The position numbers were made by a program, and so were the translations under genes. DNA of 64,000 nucleotides from contig NC_043009.1 of the NCBI RefSeq assembly GCF_006345805.1, positions 55,056,001 through 55,120,000 of the forward strand, written 5' to 3'. Shown in pieces: positions 27,701-40,400 of this stretch. The notes under the pieces are model-generated. The model searched no databases. It saw only the letters and a list, made by a program, of their open reading frames with translations, and was not told the origin of the DNA. How positions within the stretch are numbered: the stretch's first letter is position 1; each line of letters opens with the position of its first letter. This DNA comes from Octopus sinensis. Taxonomy: Eukaryota.

Positions 27701-30700
27701 TAATGATTCTGCCAGCTTTTCACCTTTGTTATAAGAATATCAATTGTATTTTTTAAATAGAAAAATTCTTCAGTTTAAAAATGTTTTTTTTTGTTTATTT
27801 TTTTCTTTAATTCAAAAGCCTGTTAACTTTTTCTTTTTGTTATCTTTTTTGTCATTTTTATAGAAAATATATAAAATCAGAGAAGGCTATACGAGAAAAC
27901 ATTTCTCGAATGTCTACAAAATCTATGATAAAGGTACAGACAGACCTAACAGCATTGCGACAAATCCTTGGAAGCGTGTCTAATGGTGTACAAAGGAATG
28001 CTGTGTTGATTGAAAAACTGAAGAAAGAGTCAGTACAGGTATGTCGCTTGAAGCCCTTCATCCATTTAAGTGAATCTCCTAGCTTTTTCAGTGCTGTCTT
28101 TAATGCAATCCATCATGTCTTTATATGGTCACTTGTCTGCTAAAGATAGCAGCAAAATCTCTTTCAAATCATACTCTACTTACTATTTTTAAATTGAAAT
28201 GACACAGTGGATAATGTGTCACAACAAATAGAGACTCAGACATTGCTTAGAAAATAATTTTCATTTTTAACCTTGTATATAGTACACTCTAGGGATTTTG
28301 ACCTTTAAATTTTGTGGGGGAAATGCGAATTATACTTGAGGATTTACGGTAAACATTATTATTATTATTACTTGTGCTGTAAAAGGAATTAACATAACAA
28401 TAGACTAGCATTGCTCACCAATACTAGCTGATCCATTATGAGTAAACTGGTTTTTCTTGAATGTATTTGCTGGAGGGAACTTATGGTAGAGGTAGACCCA
28501 GGAAGACATGGGACAAGGTGGTGAAGCATGATCTTCAAACTTTAGGCCTCACCGAGGCAACGATTAGTGACCAAGACCTTCGGCAATATGCTGTGCTTGA
28601 GAAGACCTGTCAAGCCAAATGAAATTATCATGGCTGATGTTGGTGTCACATAACTGGCACCCATGCTGGTGGCACGTAAAAAGCACCTTTCAAGCATTGA
28701 GCCTCACAGAGGCAATGTAGCTGATGCCAGTGGCACATAAAAAGCTCCTTTCATTGAGACAATGACCAAGACCTTTGATATTGTCATGCTTGAGAAGAAG
28801 ATCCATCAGACCAAGTAAAATTGCAGTCATGGCAGATACTGGTGTCATGCAAATGACACCTGTGGCACGTAAAAATACACATTACACCCTTGGAGTGGTT
28901 GGTGTTAGGAAGGGCATCCAGCTGTAGAAACCATGCGAAATCAGACTGGTGTCTGGTGCAGCCTTCCAGCTTGCCAGCATGGACAACGGAGGTTAAATGA
29001 TGATGATGATGTTATTTAGGTATTTTAAATTGTTAGTCTGTCATGCCACACACCAACTCAAATCTGTCATTTTACTCCTCCTCTGTGTCTTTCACTCTCA
29101 CTGTGCGTAGTGTTCTTTTACTCATTGTCTCCCATCAAGCACTCATCCTACACATCTTAATTCTCCATAACTCTCCCCCACCTCCTCGATATGATGTAAA
29201 GTGTGTTCAGAGAAATCAACCAGCCAACATTCATTGACTATTATTATAACGGGATACAACACATTTTATATATGTTAAGCTGTCTGATAACTTGCTTTGA
29301 TATTTACTGTTTTTCAGGAACTGAAAAATACTGAAATGGGTCAACGAACAGAAGATATGTCTGCCGTTCTTCAAGACGAGAATGTTGCCCCAACTGAGTA
29401 AGTTGGTGTTTTTTCTTCGTTTTTTTTAATTTCCCCTTTTGTTTTGTTAAACATAGTTTTACTTTTATGCTAGTTTGTTAGAAATTTGTTTATTTTATGC
29501 TTTCTTTTTTATTTTGCTTTATTTTCTTTACAGTTCTAGTTTTTCTTAAGTATCCCCTTCTTTATTTATATCCATTTCCTCTTTCAAATGTAGGCAGCCA
29601 GCCCCTTTTAAACTTGGATAATTTCTCCTGCCACCCTTGTACATCAGCCAACCAGACAATAAAAAATTTAAAAAATAAATAAATTTTGATTGTTGTTTGC
29701 CAATTTTTATTACATTAATCACCAACTCCTTGTGTGTCTGTCAGAGAGAGAGAGATAGAAAATGACCGGATGTGTATACCTGATCTTTCTTCTATTTGAT
29801 CGGTGTTCTATCAACTCAGCCATTTGTTGCTCTCCTGTTCCCCTATAAACATTTTACTACTAGACTCGGACTGGTGTTTCTATATACTAGAGGTGGTATA
29901 ATTGGGAGTAATAATTTTAATCAATTGTGATTATATTATGTGTTTTGTATTATGTGCTTTTATTAAACACATTTTATTAACTTAATAGAATTATTTAATC
30001 CTTTAGCAATCAAATTAATCTGTCAAATGTAATGCTTATTTGTTCACATTATCTCATAGCCTTGAAGTTTCACTGATGTGATTGGTTATTTTTAGAATGA
30101 CATTGTAGGGTAAATGTGAGATGCTTGATGTGACTAGTTTAAATGCTAAAGATGATTTCTTGATCTATTGTCTGCGTAGAGAAAACAATAAACCAGTTTT
30201 GTATTTTTTTTTTGTTTCTAGTTATTTTCAGGGTCTCTTTGAAGATTTTGAAATCCAAATGAAAGCCTATAAAGGTGAAATCCAGAATTTGGAGAGTCAC
30301 ATCCTGTCCCTACATCAACCAAGTAGACTCTCTCCTGAAGGTTAATTTCTTTCATTACTACTTTTATCACTTATTCTAATTTTTATTTCTGTCATAAAAA
30401 CCACAAAACTAATTTTCACACAGTATCCCTACTATTGTCCCTTATCACCTCCTCTTTCCCAAACCACTCTCATTTCCTTTTTCATTTCCCCTTCCCCAAA
30501 CTGATATTCACTGTGTCCAACTCAATCCTTCTCTTTAATCATCTATCACATTCTTTTCACTATCTCTCTCTCTCGTATTTAACTTATACCTTGACTTCAC
30601 ATCTTCATCTCTTTCATATAGATAAACCATATATTCACCTCTTCAGCAGGACACCTACTCCTATCCTTCTATCATGCTTTCACATCCTTCAGTACTACAC

Positions 30701-33700
30701 TCTACTCAGTTTGGGGAGTGGGTCTTGTCTTGGAAGTACTTAGTGTCCTTACCAATGCTGATACTATGAAATGCACCAAGTACACTCTGTATAGCAGTTG
30801 GCATTAGGAAGGGCATCAAGTGGTTAAAAACCATGTCAGAGTAGACACTGGAGTTTGACACTGCCCTTAAGGCTCCTTAGTTCCTATCAAACCATCCAAC
30901 CCATGCCAGTGTGGAAAAGGAACGTTAAAAGTCAATACTGTTTAATCAATAAATGTACATTTCCTGCAGGAGTGGTTGTTTTATTGCTTGACTTTTCCTT
31001 ACCAGATGTACCCCTACAGTTCGTTTATTTTACATCTGTTCATCTGAAATGGTTAGCTACATACCCTCTCCAATCAGGCCTACCTAACTCATCTTTGCTT
31101 TCTCCCAACCCTTACACTAAACAGTTCACACCGCCTTTCTTCTCTAGAACTGCAACATGCTGAATTAAACAGTATTCTCTCTTTCTTATAGCAAAAAAAA
31201 CTCTATCATCTATTTACAGCTGGGTGAATGTTTCCAAGAGAGTGAGATCTTATGAGAAAGCTTTACTATCTGTGTAGCTGTACTTTTGAGTTATTATACT
31301 ACTCCTAGAATAAGTTGACGTCTCCTAATTTTGAAATCGCATTGTAGTTGTAAATGAATTGTCACCATCATACAGCAGTGTCTTTCACTCCCAATCTGGT
31401 GAAAACATGCCTGGTCATGAGGAAATGTTACCTTACCATGAAATGGGTATGGGTTGATGACAGGAAGGACATCCATATGTAGGCTGTTCCATCAAATCCT
31501 GTCCAATCCATGCAAGCATGAAAAAGTGGACATTATTGATCTCATAGGCCTTTTAGTTTCCATATTAAAAAAATATGGAATTGCTTTTTTTTTTATACCT
31601 TCTATACATTGGTAATAACAATTTATAAATGTTGTCAAATTCTATTTCAGAATTAACAATGCTGCTTCACAAATCACATGAAAATTTCCTCGCACTTGCA
31701 GCCCACTTTCACCAAGTTCATGAATCTGTAAAAGTAAGCTATGTCTTGTTTGATTATTAACTTCAATTGCATTGTGTGAATAACCTACCTGTGTTTCCTT
31801 TTTATCCTGTTGTCCCCACCCCTCCCTCTCTCATTTGACTGTACATATAGATTGGTAAATGTATGTATGTCGATTGTGGTCGTTGCCAGGCACGTCAAAA
31901 GCACCATCCGATCGTGGCCGTTTGCCAGCCTTGTCTGGCACCTGTGCTGGTGGCACGTAAAAAGCACCCACTACACTCACGGAGTGGTTGGCGTTAGGAA
32001 GGGCATCCAGCTGTAGAAACACTGCCAGATCAGATGGCCTGGTGCAGCCTTCTGGCTTCCCAGACCCCAGTTGAACCGTCCAACCCATGCTAGAATAGAA
32101 AATGGACATTAAATGATGATGTGTATATATGTGTGAATGCATGTTTGTGTCCCCCATTGTCTTGATATCACATGAAGATTGTAAATTAATCATACCAATA
32201 GCAGTGTTGTTCACATCCAGTCTTGTATAAAGCACATGTCTGGCCCTGGGGAAATATTACCTTGCTTGGAAATAGGTGAGGGTTGGCAACAGGAAGAGCG
32301 TTTGCCCATAGAAAGCTGCCTCAACTAATTCTGTCTGACTCATGCAAGCATGGGAAAGTGGGCAATAAAATGATGATGATGAACTTGTTGATGCCAGAGA
32401 GGTTAAGTTCCAGGCAGTTGTGGTTCTCAAGAGGCAGGATAGGTAAAAGTGTTCAATATGGGGTTTCAGGAATAAGATACAACAGGGATGATGTGTTGGT
32501 TTCTGCAAAGATGGTTCATTGCTGGCTGGAACTATTTTAACAACTGCTAGCTGTAATCATCCTCACCATTTAATGTCCAATTTCTCATGCTTGCATGGGT
32601 TAGATGGAATTTGTTGAGGTAGATTTGCCACAGCCAGACACCTTTCCCATTACCCACCTGTTTCCGAGTCAAGTAATATTCCCCCCATGGCCAGACAGGT
32701 TTTTCTTTTTTTTTTTTTATAGACTGGAAGCTATCAACCTCATTTCTATGATGATGCTCATTTACAACAACCCTGTATTGCCTAGACAAGGGTATACACT
32801 AACACCCACACAACAACCTTCTTTCAATTTCCACTCAACAAAGTTTAGTCAGTTTAGGACTGTAGTAGAAGCCACTTAACCTAAGTGCTGCACAGTAGAA
32901 CTGAACCCAAGACTGCATGATTGAGATGCAAGTGTCTTAATCATACAGCCACACCTATGCTGATGTTTGGGGAATAAATGTAACATGTCAGCTTAATGAA
33001 CATTCATCAATCAGTCCGATGTTTTATATTCTTGTTTGAATGTTATCTAAAACGTTTTACTGTGTATGTTTATCAGCTGTTCCTCCTATATATGCTAACC
33101 ATATTCTGTATAATGTAGTCTCTTCATAACAAAGCTTTTCTTCTAACCTTCCTGTCTTTGTTTTCTGATTCTGTAGACTTTAAAAGAGAAATACCTGAAT
33201 TATCGACGTATATTCCTCGGAGACACAAAAGATGTGTTTGAAAGCAAACGGAAGTTAACAAAACGTTTGGAGATTCCCGGCATTGAATCTCAGCAAGGAC
33301 CAAACCCATTCACAGGGTTCCCCAGCACCACTGCAATTGCTCTTGCTGCTGCTCTTAGTCGTAACCAACAGGCTCCTTGTAAGTATCACTGCACTCAACT
33401 ACTTTTTTTCTTTTAGATGAAATAAACAGCAGAGATAATTTTACCCCATGCAGAAACTGCAGGAGCTACTCAGAGTTTTCGTAAGCTCTTCTAAGTCCAT
33501 TTTTAATGCTGAAAACCCTTATTGTCAGCTTGTGTCTTGAGTTGCATGCTTTTAGCCTCTTAGCTCAGTATGCTTCACCTGAGTGGGGCAGCAAGGACTG
33601 AACTAGTCTTCATCTACAGAAGGGTTCCATTTGCAGACTCTTATCAACCATAGCCACTTGAGTTAGTTTTAGCAATGCCTTTCTCCTTGATGCTTGATCA

Positions 33701-34019
33701 ATCCACTTGGTGATTTATTAAACCTCTTAATCTCAGACCTCAAGCTGTCCCCACCATGGCAACTAAAATTAATGTTCTCTGATTATGAGATAACATGTGC
33801 CAGAAAAGTACTCTTATCTTTTACTTGTTTCAGTCATTTGACTGCAGCCATGCTGGAGCACTGCCTTTAGTCGAATAAACTGACCCCAGGATTTATTCCT
33901 TGTAAGCCTAGTACTTATTCTATCGGTCTCTTTTGCTGAACAGCTAAGTTACAGGTACATAAACACACCAACATTAGTTGTCAAGTAATGGTGGTTGGGA
34001 CAAAAAGACACACAAACAA

Positions 34020-34113
<94 letters not shown>

Positions 34114-37100
34114 GATGGGCTTCTTTCAATTTCCATCTACCAAATCCACTCACAAGGCTATAGTAGAAGACATTTGCCAAGGTGCCATACAGTGGGACTG
34201 AATCGGGAACCGTGTGGTTAGGAAAATCTTTGGAAATAGAAAGCACTAACAAGTAGAATTTTGTGGCCAAAAAAGAAAAGTGAATATTAGGAAGTCAATA
34301 AATGTAGTTAAAAATACCTGAAGACCATACTATAATGTATATTGTAAGCTCACCTTGTCACCAGAGTTTGGAACTGAAATGAGGAATTGAATATTCTTAT
34401 CTACAAATATTAATGTCACCAGATGAAAAAAAGATTGCATCTTGGAGAAAAAAAAGTTAATTACTTCAATGCCTTCATTCTTTTCATTAAATATATGAAC
34501 AACGTACACAGATATGACAGAAGTAAATAGACATCTTCATAATCATTAAAATTTATTTAAATCTGAAATTATACATTCAAATTATTTATTTATTTATTAT
34601 TATAACATGTATATCTAATATTTAGTAGACATGCCTTTTGCATTTTTCAATGCAAGGACTCTATTAGGCATGCTACTGATCAGATGACGAATATTCTCAA
34701 GGAATTTCTTGCCAAGTTTCAGAGAGTAATCGCAAGAGATCTGGCTTTGAGGATGCTTTTTTGTTCTTTTTATGAAGTGTTTTGTTCATTATGCCTCAGG
34801 TGTTCAATAGGGCTCATATCTGGTGACTGGCTTAGCCATAGAAGCTTTTTAATGCCATTCTCTTCCAACCAATCTTGAGTCTTTTTAGCTGTGAGACAAG
34901 GAGCCCCATCTTCCATAAATAGTCTTATTTAATCATTTCACCACCTGAGAAGATTGGAAGGAGTTCTATCTGTGATATGGACACATATTTATCTGAGCTT
35001 ATGTTTCCCTCACACTCCACCAGATCTGTTCAACCATTGTTCCAAATTGCTCCCCAGACCATCACAGAATAGCTTCTGTGTTTCATTGTTGGCTGCAATC
35101 TTTTCATGTCAAATTCTTGATCACAGAGTCTCCAGACCCACACTCAACCAATGTCAGGAAATACAGCAAATCTGGACTCATCAGAGAATATGACAGTGTC
35201 TCAAAATGTTAGTGGCCTTTCCACCATCTCACTGGCCCAATCATTTCTCTGCTTGATACTGGCTGGTCAAAGAAGTGGCTTCCTTCTTGCTGCTCTGCCA
35301 TAGTAGCTAAGTTTGTGGCGATACTAGACAGCTGTTCTGCTATGTCATAGGATGTGCAATAAGAATTATCCTCCACACTTCTCTTAAAGCAAAGGGTCCT
35401 GTCAGAGGGCCCTGGTTAACCTGGACAAAGAGATATAAATTGATTTCACTCAGCTAATTTGATGGATACAAATAAAAGGGAAAGTGTAAATATTTATAAG
35501 AGCTACACAGTCTTGTTTTGTTATTTACTAGGATGTGTGTTTTGATGCATAGAATTGGTAACATTACTGTAACTCATTGTGTTTTTGTTTTTATTCGCTT
35601 AAAGATCAATTGGGCTTCTTCTGCTGATACGGTACTTCGGATTCTACCTTGAATTTCAGCCCCTCAAAAGTAGTATCTATGTAATAGCCAATCCCATAAA
35701 TTTGACCTTAAAAAAATGGTCTAAAAAAATTCAACTTTTACACAAGTATATATGATGTATATATAAATATATCTCACACACTATAACTGAACATGTATGA
35801 AATTGTAAAAGAATATGTTATTTTATTTGATTTATGTATTGTTACATGTGAAAACAATATTTCAACACAAGATGGAAAAGGAAAGTAGAAGTACCATCAC
35901 TAATGTTGGAAATACACACCTGGCCATGTACTACTGTAATGAACATGCAAAAGTTACTCAAAACACAGGCAATATGAGACAAATATTGGTTGTAGTGCTT
36001 ACATGGTAAACTTTGGTATAATAGCTTTTAAGCCATGTCACATGGTTCATTCTCCTGGTTAGTAAATTTTCAGTTAAGATTTTATTATGTATTTAAGCAC
36101 AGACATGCATGTATGTCTCATCTTGGGCAAGTTGCTTTTATTATAGCCCCTGAATAGATTTGGTAAATGGAAACTGAAGGAACACTGTTGAATGTGTGTG
36201 TGTGTTGCAAAAATGGGGGAAAATGAGGTTAAAGAAAGCTGTATTAGGTTTACACTCAGGAAAAATTGCAGGAAAAGTATTTTGCATAGCTCCTCTATGG
36301 AAAAGAGAGAGAAAAAAAACAAATGTCTCAATTAGATGTTCACTGTTTGTGTGTTTGAGCATTTCTCCTTGTTTTGACATTGCATATTAGTTATAAATGA
36401 GTGTCACTGTCCTACAAACAGCATCCTTTGTTTCTGATCTTCCCCTCTCTGTGGGAAGATACTACCTTGCTTGGAAACAGGTGAGGGTTGATAACACAAT
36501 GAGCATCTAACCATAGAAAATCTACCACAATGAACTCCATCCACCCCATACAAGAGATAACAAGAAAGAGGACGGAAATTTTGATGTTATGAGATAATGC
36601 ATGATTAATTCAAAACAATATGAATAAATAAGCATTATCTTGGCACAGTAATCTGATTGCTAAAGAGTCAAAACATGGTAAGAACTTATATTAATTCACT
36701 CCAAATCTTTAACTCAAGTTAGGCTACAACAAAGAGTCAGGTGCTGGTTATTTTGTATTTTATTTTCCTGTTTGAACCTGAAAGAAATGTTATGAATAAG
36801 GGCTATCAAATGTCTCCCTGAAACGAATTTGTAGACTTGATACCCAAAATTTCAGCAACTTTTCAAAAATGGTGTGGAACATCATTTTTGACTGAAATTG
36901 TATGAAACTTATACCAGAGTGAATCTTACATAGTCAATTAACTTAGTAGAAATAACAGGCAAGGTCCTCTTAATCCCTTTGATTCCAGCTTAACTGAGAC
37001 TGTTTCTTCATTAATGATACAAATTTCTTTCAAAGTAATCTAAATTAAAACCTACCATAAAAATGTTGAACACCAGTTTAATAATAACGGTAATTATACT

Positions 37101-37365
37101 AAATTCTTCATTATTTTCAAAATTAATTGAAGCAAAAGTGGTGTATTGCAACAGAAATATAGTAACAAAAAGGTTAAAATGCATTCTACCATTTTTAACC
37201 AAATACAAATTGAACAAGTGGTTATACTTTTACAGTCTCAGTTGACATGTCCTTGATTTTGTTAATCAGGGCTGATTTAGTTCTGTGACAGGAATATCTC
37301 TGCTGATCCATAAATTCTTGAATTACAAATCTCTAAAACTGGCAAACATAAAATGCATAACCAAT

Positions 37366-37403
<38 letters not shown>

Positions 37404-40400
37404 ATATATACAGTTATTGTCATCATCTTCATTTAGCATCTGTTTTCCCTGCTGGCATGGACTAGATAAATTTGACTGGGGCTGTTAAGCCAGAGAGCTG
37501 CACCAAGCTCCTGTCTCTTTTGCTTGGTGTCTACAGCTGGATGTCCTTCTTAATGCCAACCAATCCAAGAGTGTGGTGGATGCCTTTTACGGGTCACTGA
37601 TATTGGCCATGATTTACAATTTCACTTGGCTTGGCATGTCTTCTTACGTACAGCAAATTGCCAAAGTCTTGATCACATGTCATTGCCTTCATGAGGCTCA
37701 GCATCCAAAGATCATGCTTCATCACTTTGTCCCATGTATTCCTGGGTCTGTGCTTTCGGTATGGCATGGATTGGATGGTTCTACAGGACCTACTGAATCA
37801 GAGAACCTCATTTTGCTCCAATGTCTCAGTTTTTTGGCTGGATACCCTCCTTTACATGAATGGCTAATTTGACTGGATAGAAGTAAAGAGGGAAGTGGCT
37901 TTGTGCTAGATGTTAAGAGGTTCATCATCATTTAACATCTGCTTTCCATGCTAGCATGGGTTGGACGATTTGACTGAGGTCTGGCGAACTAGATGGCTGC
38001 ACCAGACTCCAATCTGATCTGACAGAGTTTCTATAGCTGGATGCCCTTCCTGACGCCAACCACTCCGAGAGTGTAGTGGGTGCTTGTTAAAGTATGATAA
38101 AAAGGACAGTAATAGGTTTGTTGTCATAGAGCAGATACATAGCTGTCTTGCATTATATTGGAATGGGACCAAACGAAGATATAACAGTGATAATTATGAG
38201 GTGTCAGAACATACCTTCAAAGTACAAGAAGGATGAATAGAGACAAGTGTGGAGACATAAGACCAGTAAGATTGAGAGGGTTACAGTTGAAAGAGTGTAG
38301 AGGTAATATCGGAGATAGAAACAGGAGTGGGGAGAAATTAAGTGAATGGGGAAGAAAAGTGGGGAGAGTTAGATGGTAAATATGAGTGAGAAAATGGCCA
38401 TGAGGATGAGAGATACCAGCAGAAGCGGCTCAGAGGAGAGGAAGTGATGACTGGCTGAACAGAAAGGACGAAGAGCAGTAGAATACTACAGAAGATGAGT
38501 TGAGGTGAGAGGTGGCTAATGGGTGCAAGAGTATAAAGGAGAATGAGAAGTAGGAGCAGAGGTGCTCAATGTTACTTGAGAGTGAATAATGATGAGGGTG
38601 TGGTCAGTGGTTGATATGAAACAGTGTGAAGATATATATGCACATGTAAGCATAGTTTCACAATATAAATACAGTATACTGCTATGATTTGTCACTCAAG
38701 ATGTCATCAAATATTTATTTTTATGTTTTCAGCTGGACCACCTAATATTGGTCTTGGTACAAACACTCTTGGTCAACACAGGTGTTTTGGTACCCCATTC
38801 AATAATCAGGGTAGTTTGTTTGGAAGTACAGGCACTGGCACTACATTTGGAACAAGTATGAACAATGCTAGTCTATTTGGAAACAGTACTCCCAAAACAG
38901 GTATGTATTTTAAATCCTCTCGTCATGGGTAGATTTTCGAGGGTTTTTTTTTTTTCTCAGTTGAAGTGTGGAGTCTGTGTTTTGGGGGCTGTTTGTTTTT
39001 TTTTATATATATATATTTTAAATTTTAAAATGATAAAACTGAGTAGTTATTCATAAAGAAACACAGAGTAGTGACAAATTGAATGTAAACATATATCGTA
39101 ATGTTGTTTTTCATTTGTTTGAATTCAAATTTAAGCTTTGGTGTGTTAGGCAATTTATGGGAAAACATTTCAGTTTTACGAATTTTGAAATTTCAAACTA
39201 AAAGAAAGAAAAATTCAGAAAATTTGCATCAGAATCCCCTGTCTGGTTACTATTGTTTACAGGTTTATTAGCTATCAGCTGATGTTGTGTGTTGCAACAG
39301 TTGTAAACAATTCATCTACACAGTCCACAGGTGTAGCTGTGGTTAAGAAGGTTGCTTCCCAACCATGTTGTCTTGGGTTCTGTCCCACTGTATTGCACCT
39401 TGGGCAATTGTCTTCTACTTTTATTCCAGGCCTGCCAAAAGCCTTGTAAGTGGATTTTGTTGACAGAAACTTGAAAGAAACTTGATGTGTGTTTACCCTT
39501 GTCTTGACATCACATGATGGTTGTAAATAATCATCATCATCTTACAAGTAAAGTTGTTCATTTCCAGTCTTCTATGACAAACCTGTTGGGCTATAGGGAA
39601 ATATTCACCCTTGTTTGGTAACAGGTGAGGGTAGGTAACAGAAAGGGCATCTGGCCATAAACATTTACCTCAATAAATTCTGTCTTATCCATGTAAGCAC
39701 AGTAAAGTAGACTGACCAATGTTAGCACTCAGTTTAATTCCTGTCTTTTTATCTGTATATGGAATTATTGTTGTTTAACCCTGAGTCAGCTGTGATTTAA
39801 TAGACCTGTGATCAAAAACATTCAAGTCCATGACCAGTAATTTTTTTTTTTTTAAGCATTGTATGTCACCATGCTTAATATTGTTGTTTAACCCTGGGTC
39901 AGTCCAGATGACTAAGCAGTCTTATAACTAAAGGCATTCTGGTGAAGACAGAGGAAGGCTTTGTGGTTAAGAAGTTTGCTTTGCAACCACAGTTCCACGT
40001 TCATTTGTTTCCACTGCATGCTACCTTGGGCAATTGCCTTCTCCTATAGTCCCAGGCCAACCAGTGTGTTGTGAGAGAATTGGAAGACAGAAACCATATG
40101 GAAGTCCATAGTGTGTTTTTTGTGTGTGTTTTATCTTTTACTTGTTTCAATCATTGGACTGTGGTCATTCTGGGGCACTGCCTTGAAAGGTTTTTGGTTG
40201 AACAAATCAACTCTAGTAATTTTTTTTTTATTAAAGCCTGGTACTTATTCTGTTGGACTCTTTTGCTAAATATTAAACGACAGGAATGTAAACAAACCAG
40301 CAGTGGTTGTAAGGTGATGGTTGGGGACAAGCACGAAGACACACAGGCATAGGCGTGTGTGTGAGTATATGTAATGGTCTTCAAGATCCTGTCTATCAAA

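Noticed and set aside
35595-35760. Minus-strand exon-like frame [23 protein letters not shown] with AATAAA
   Set aside because: No recognised homologue, and the right end resembles a decayed pogo/Tigger-type terminal repeat; no chain to other exons
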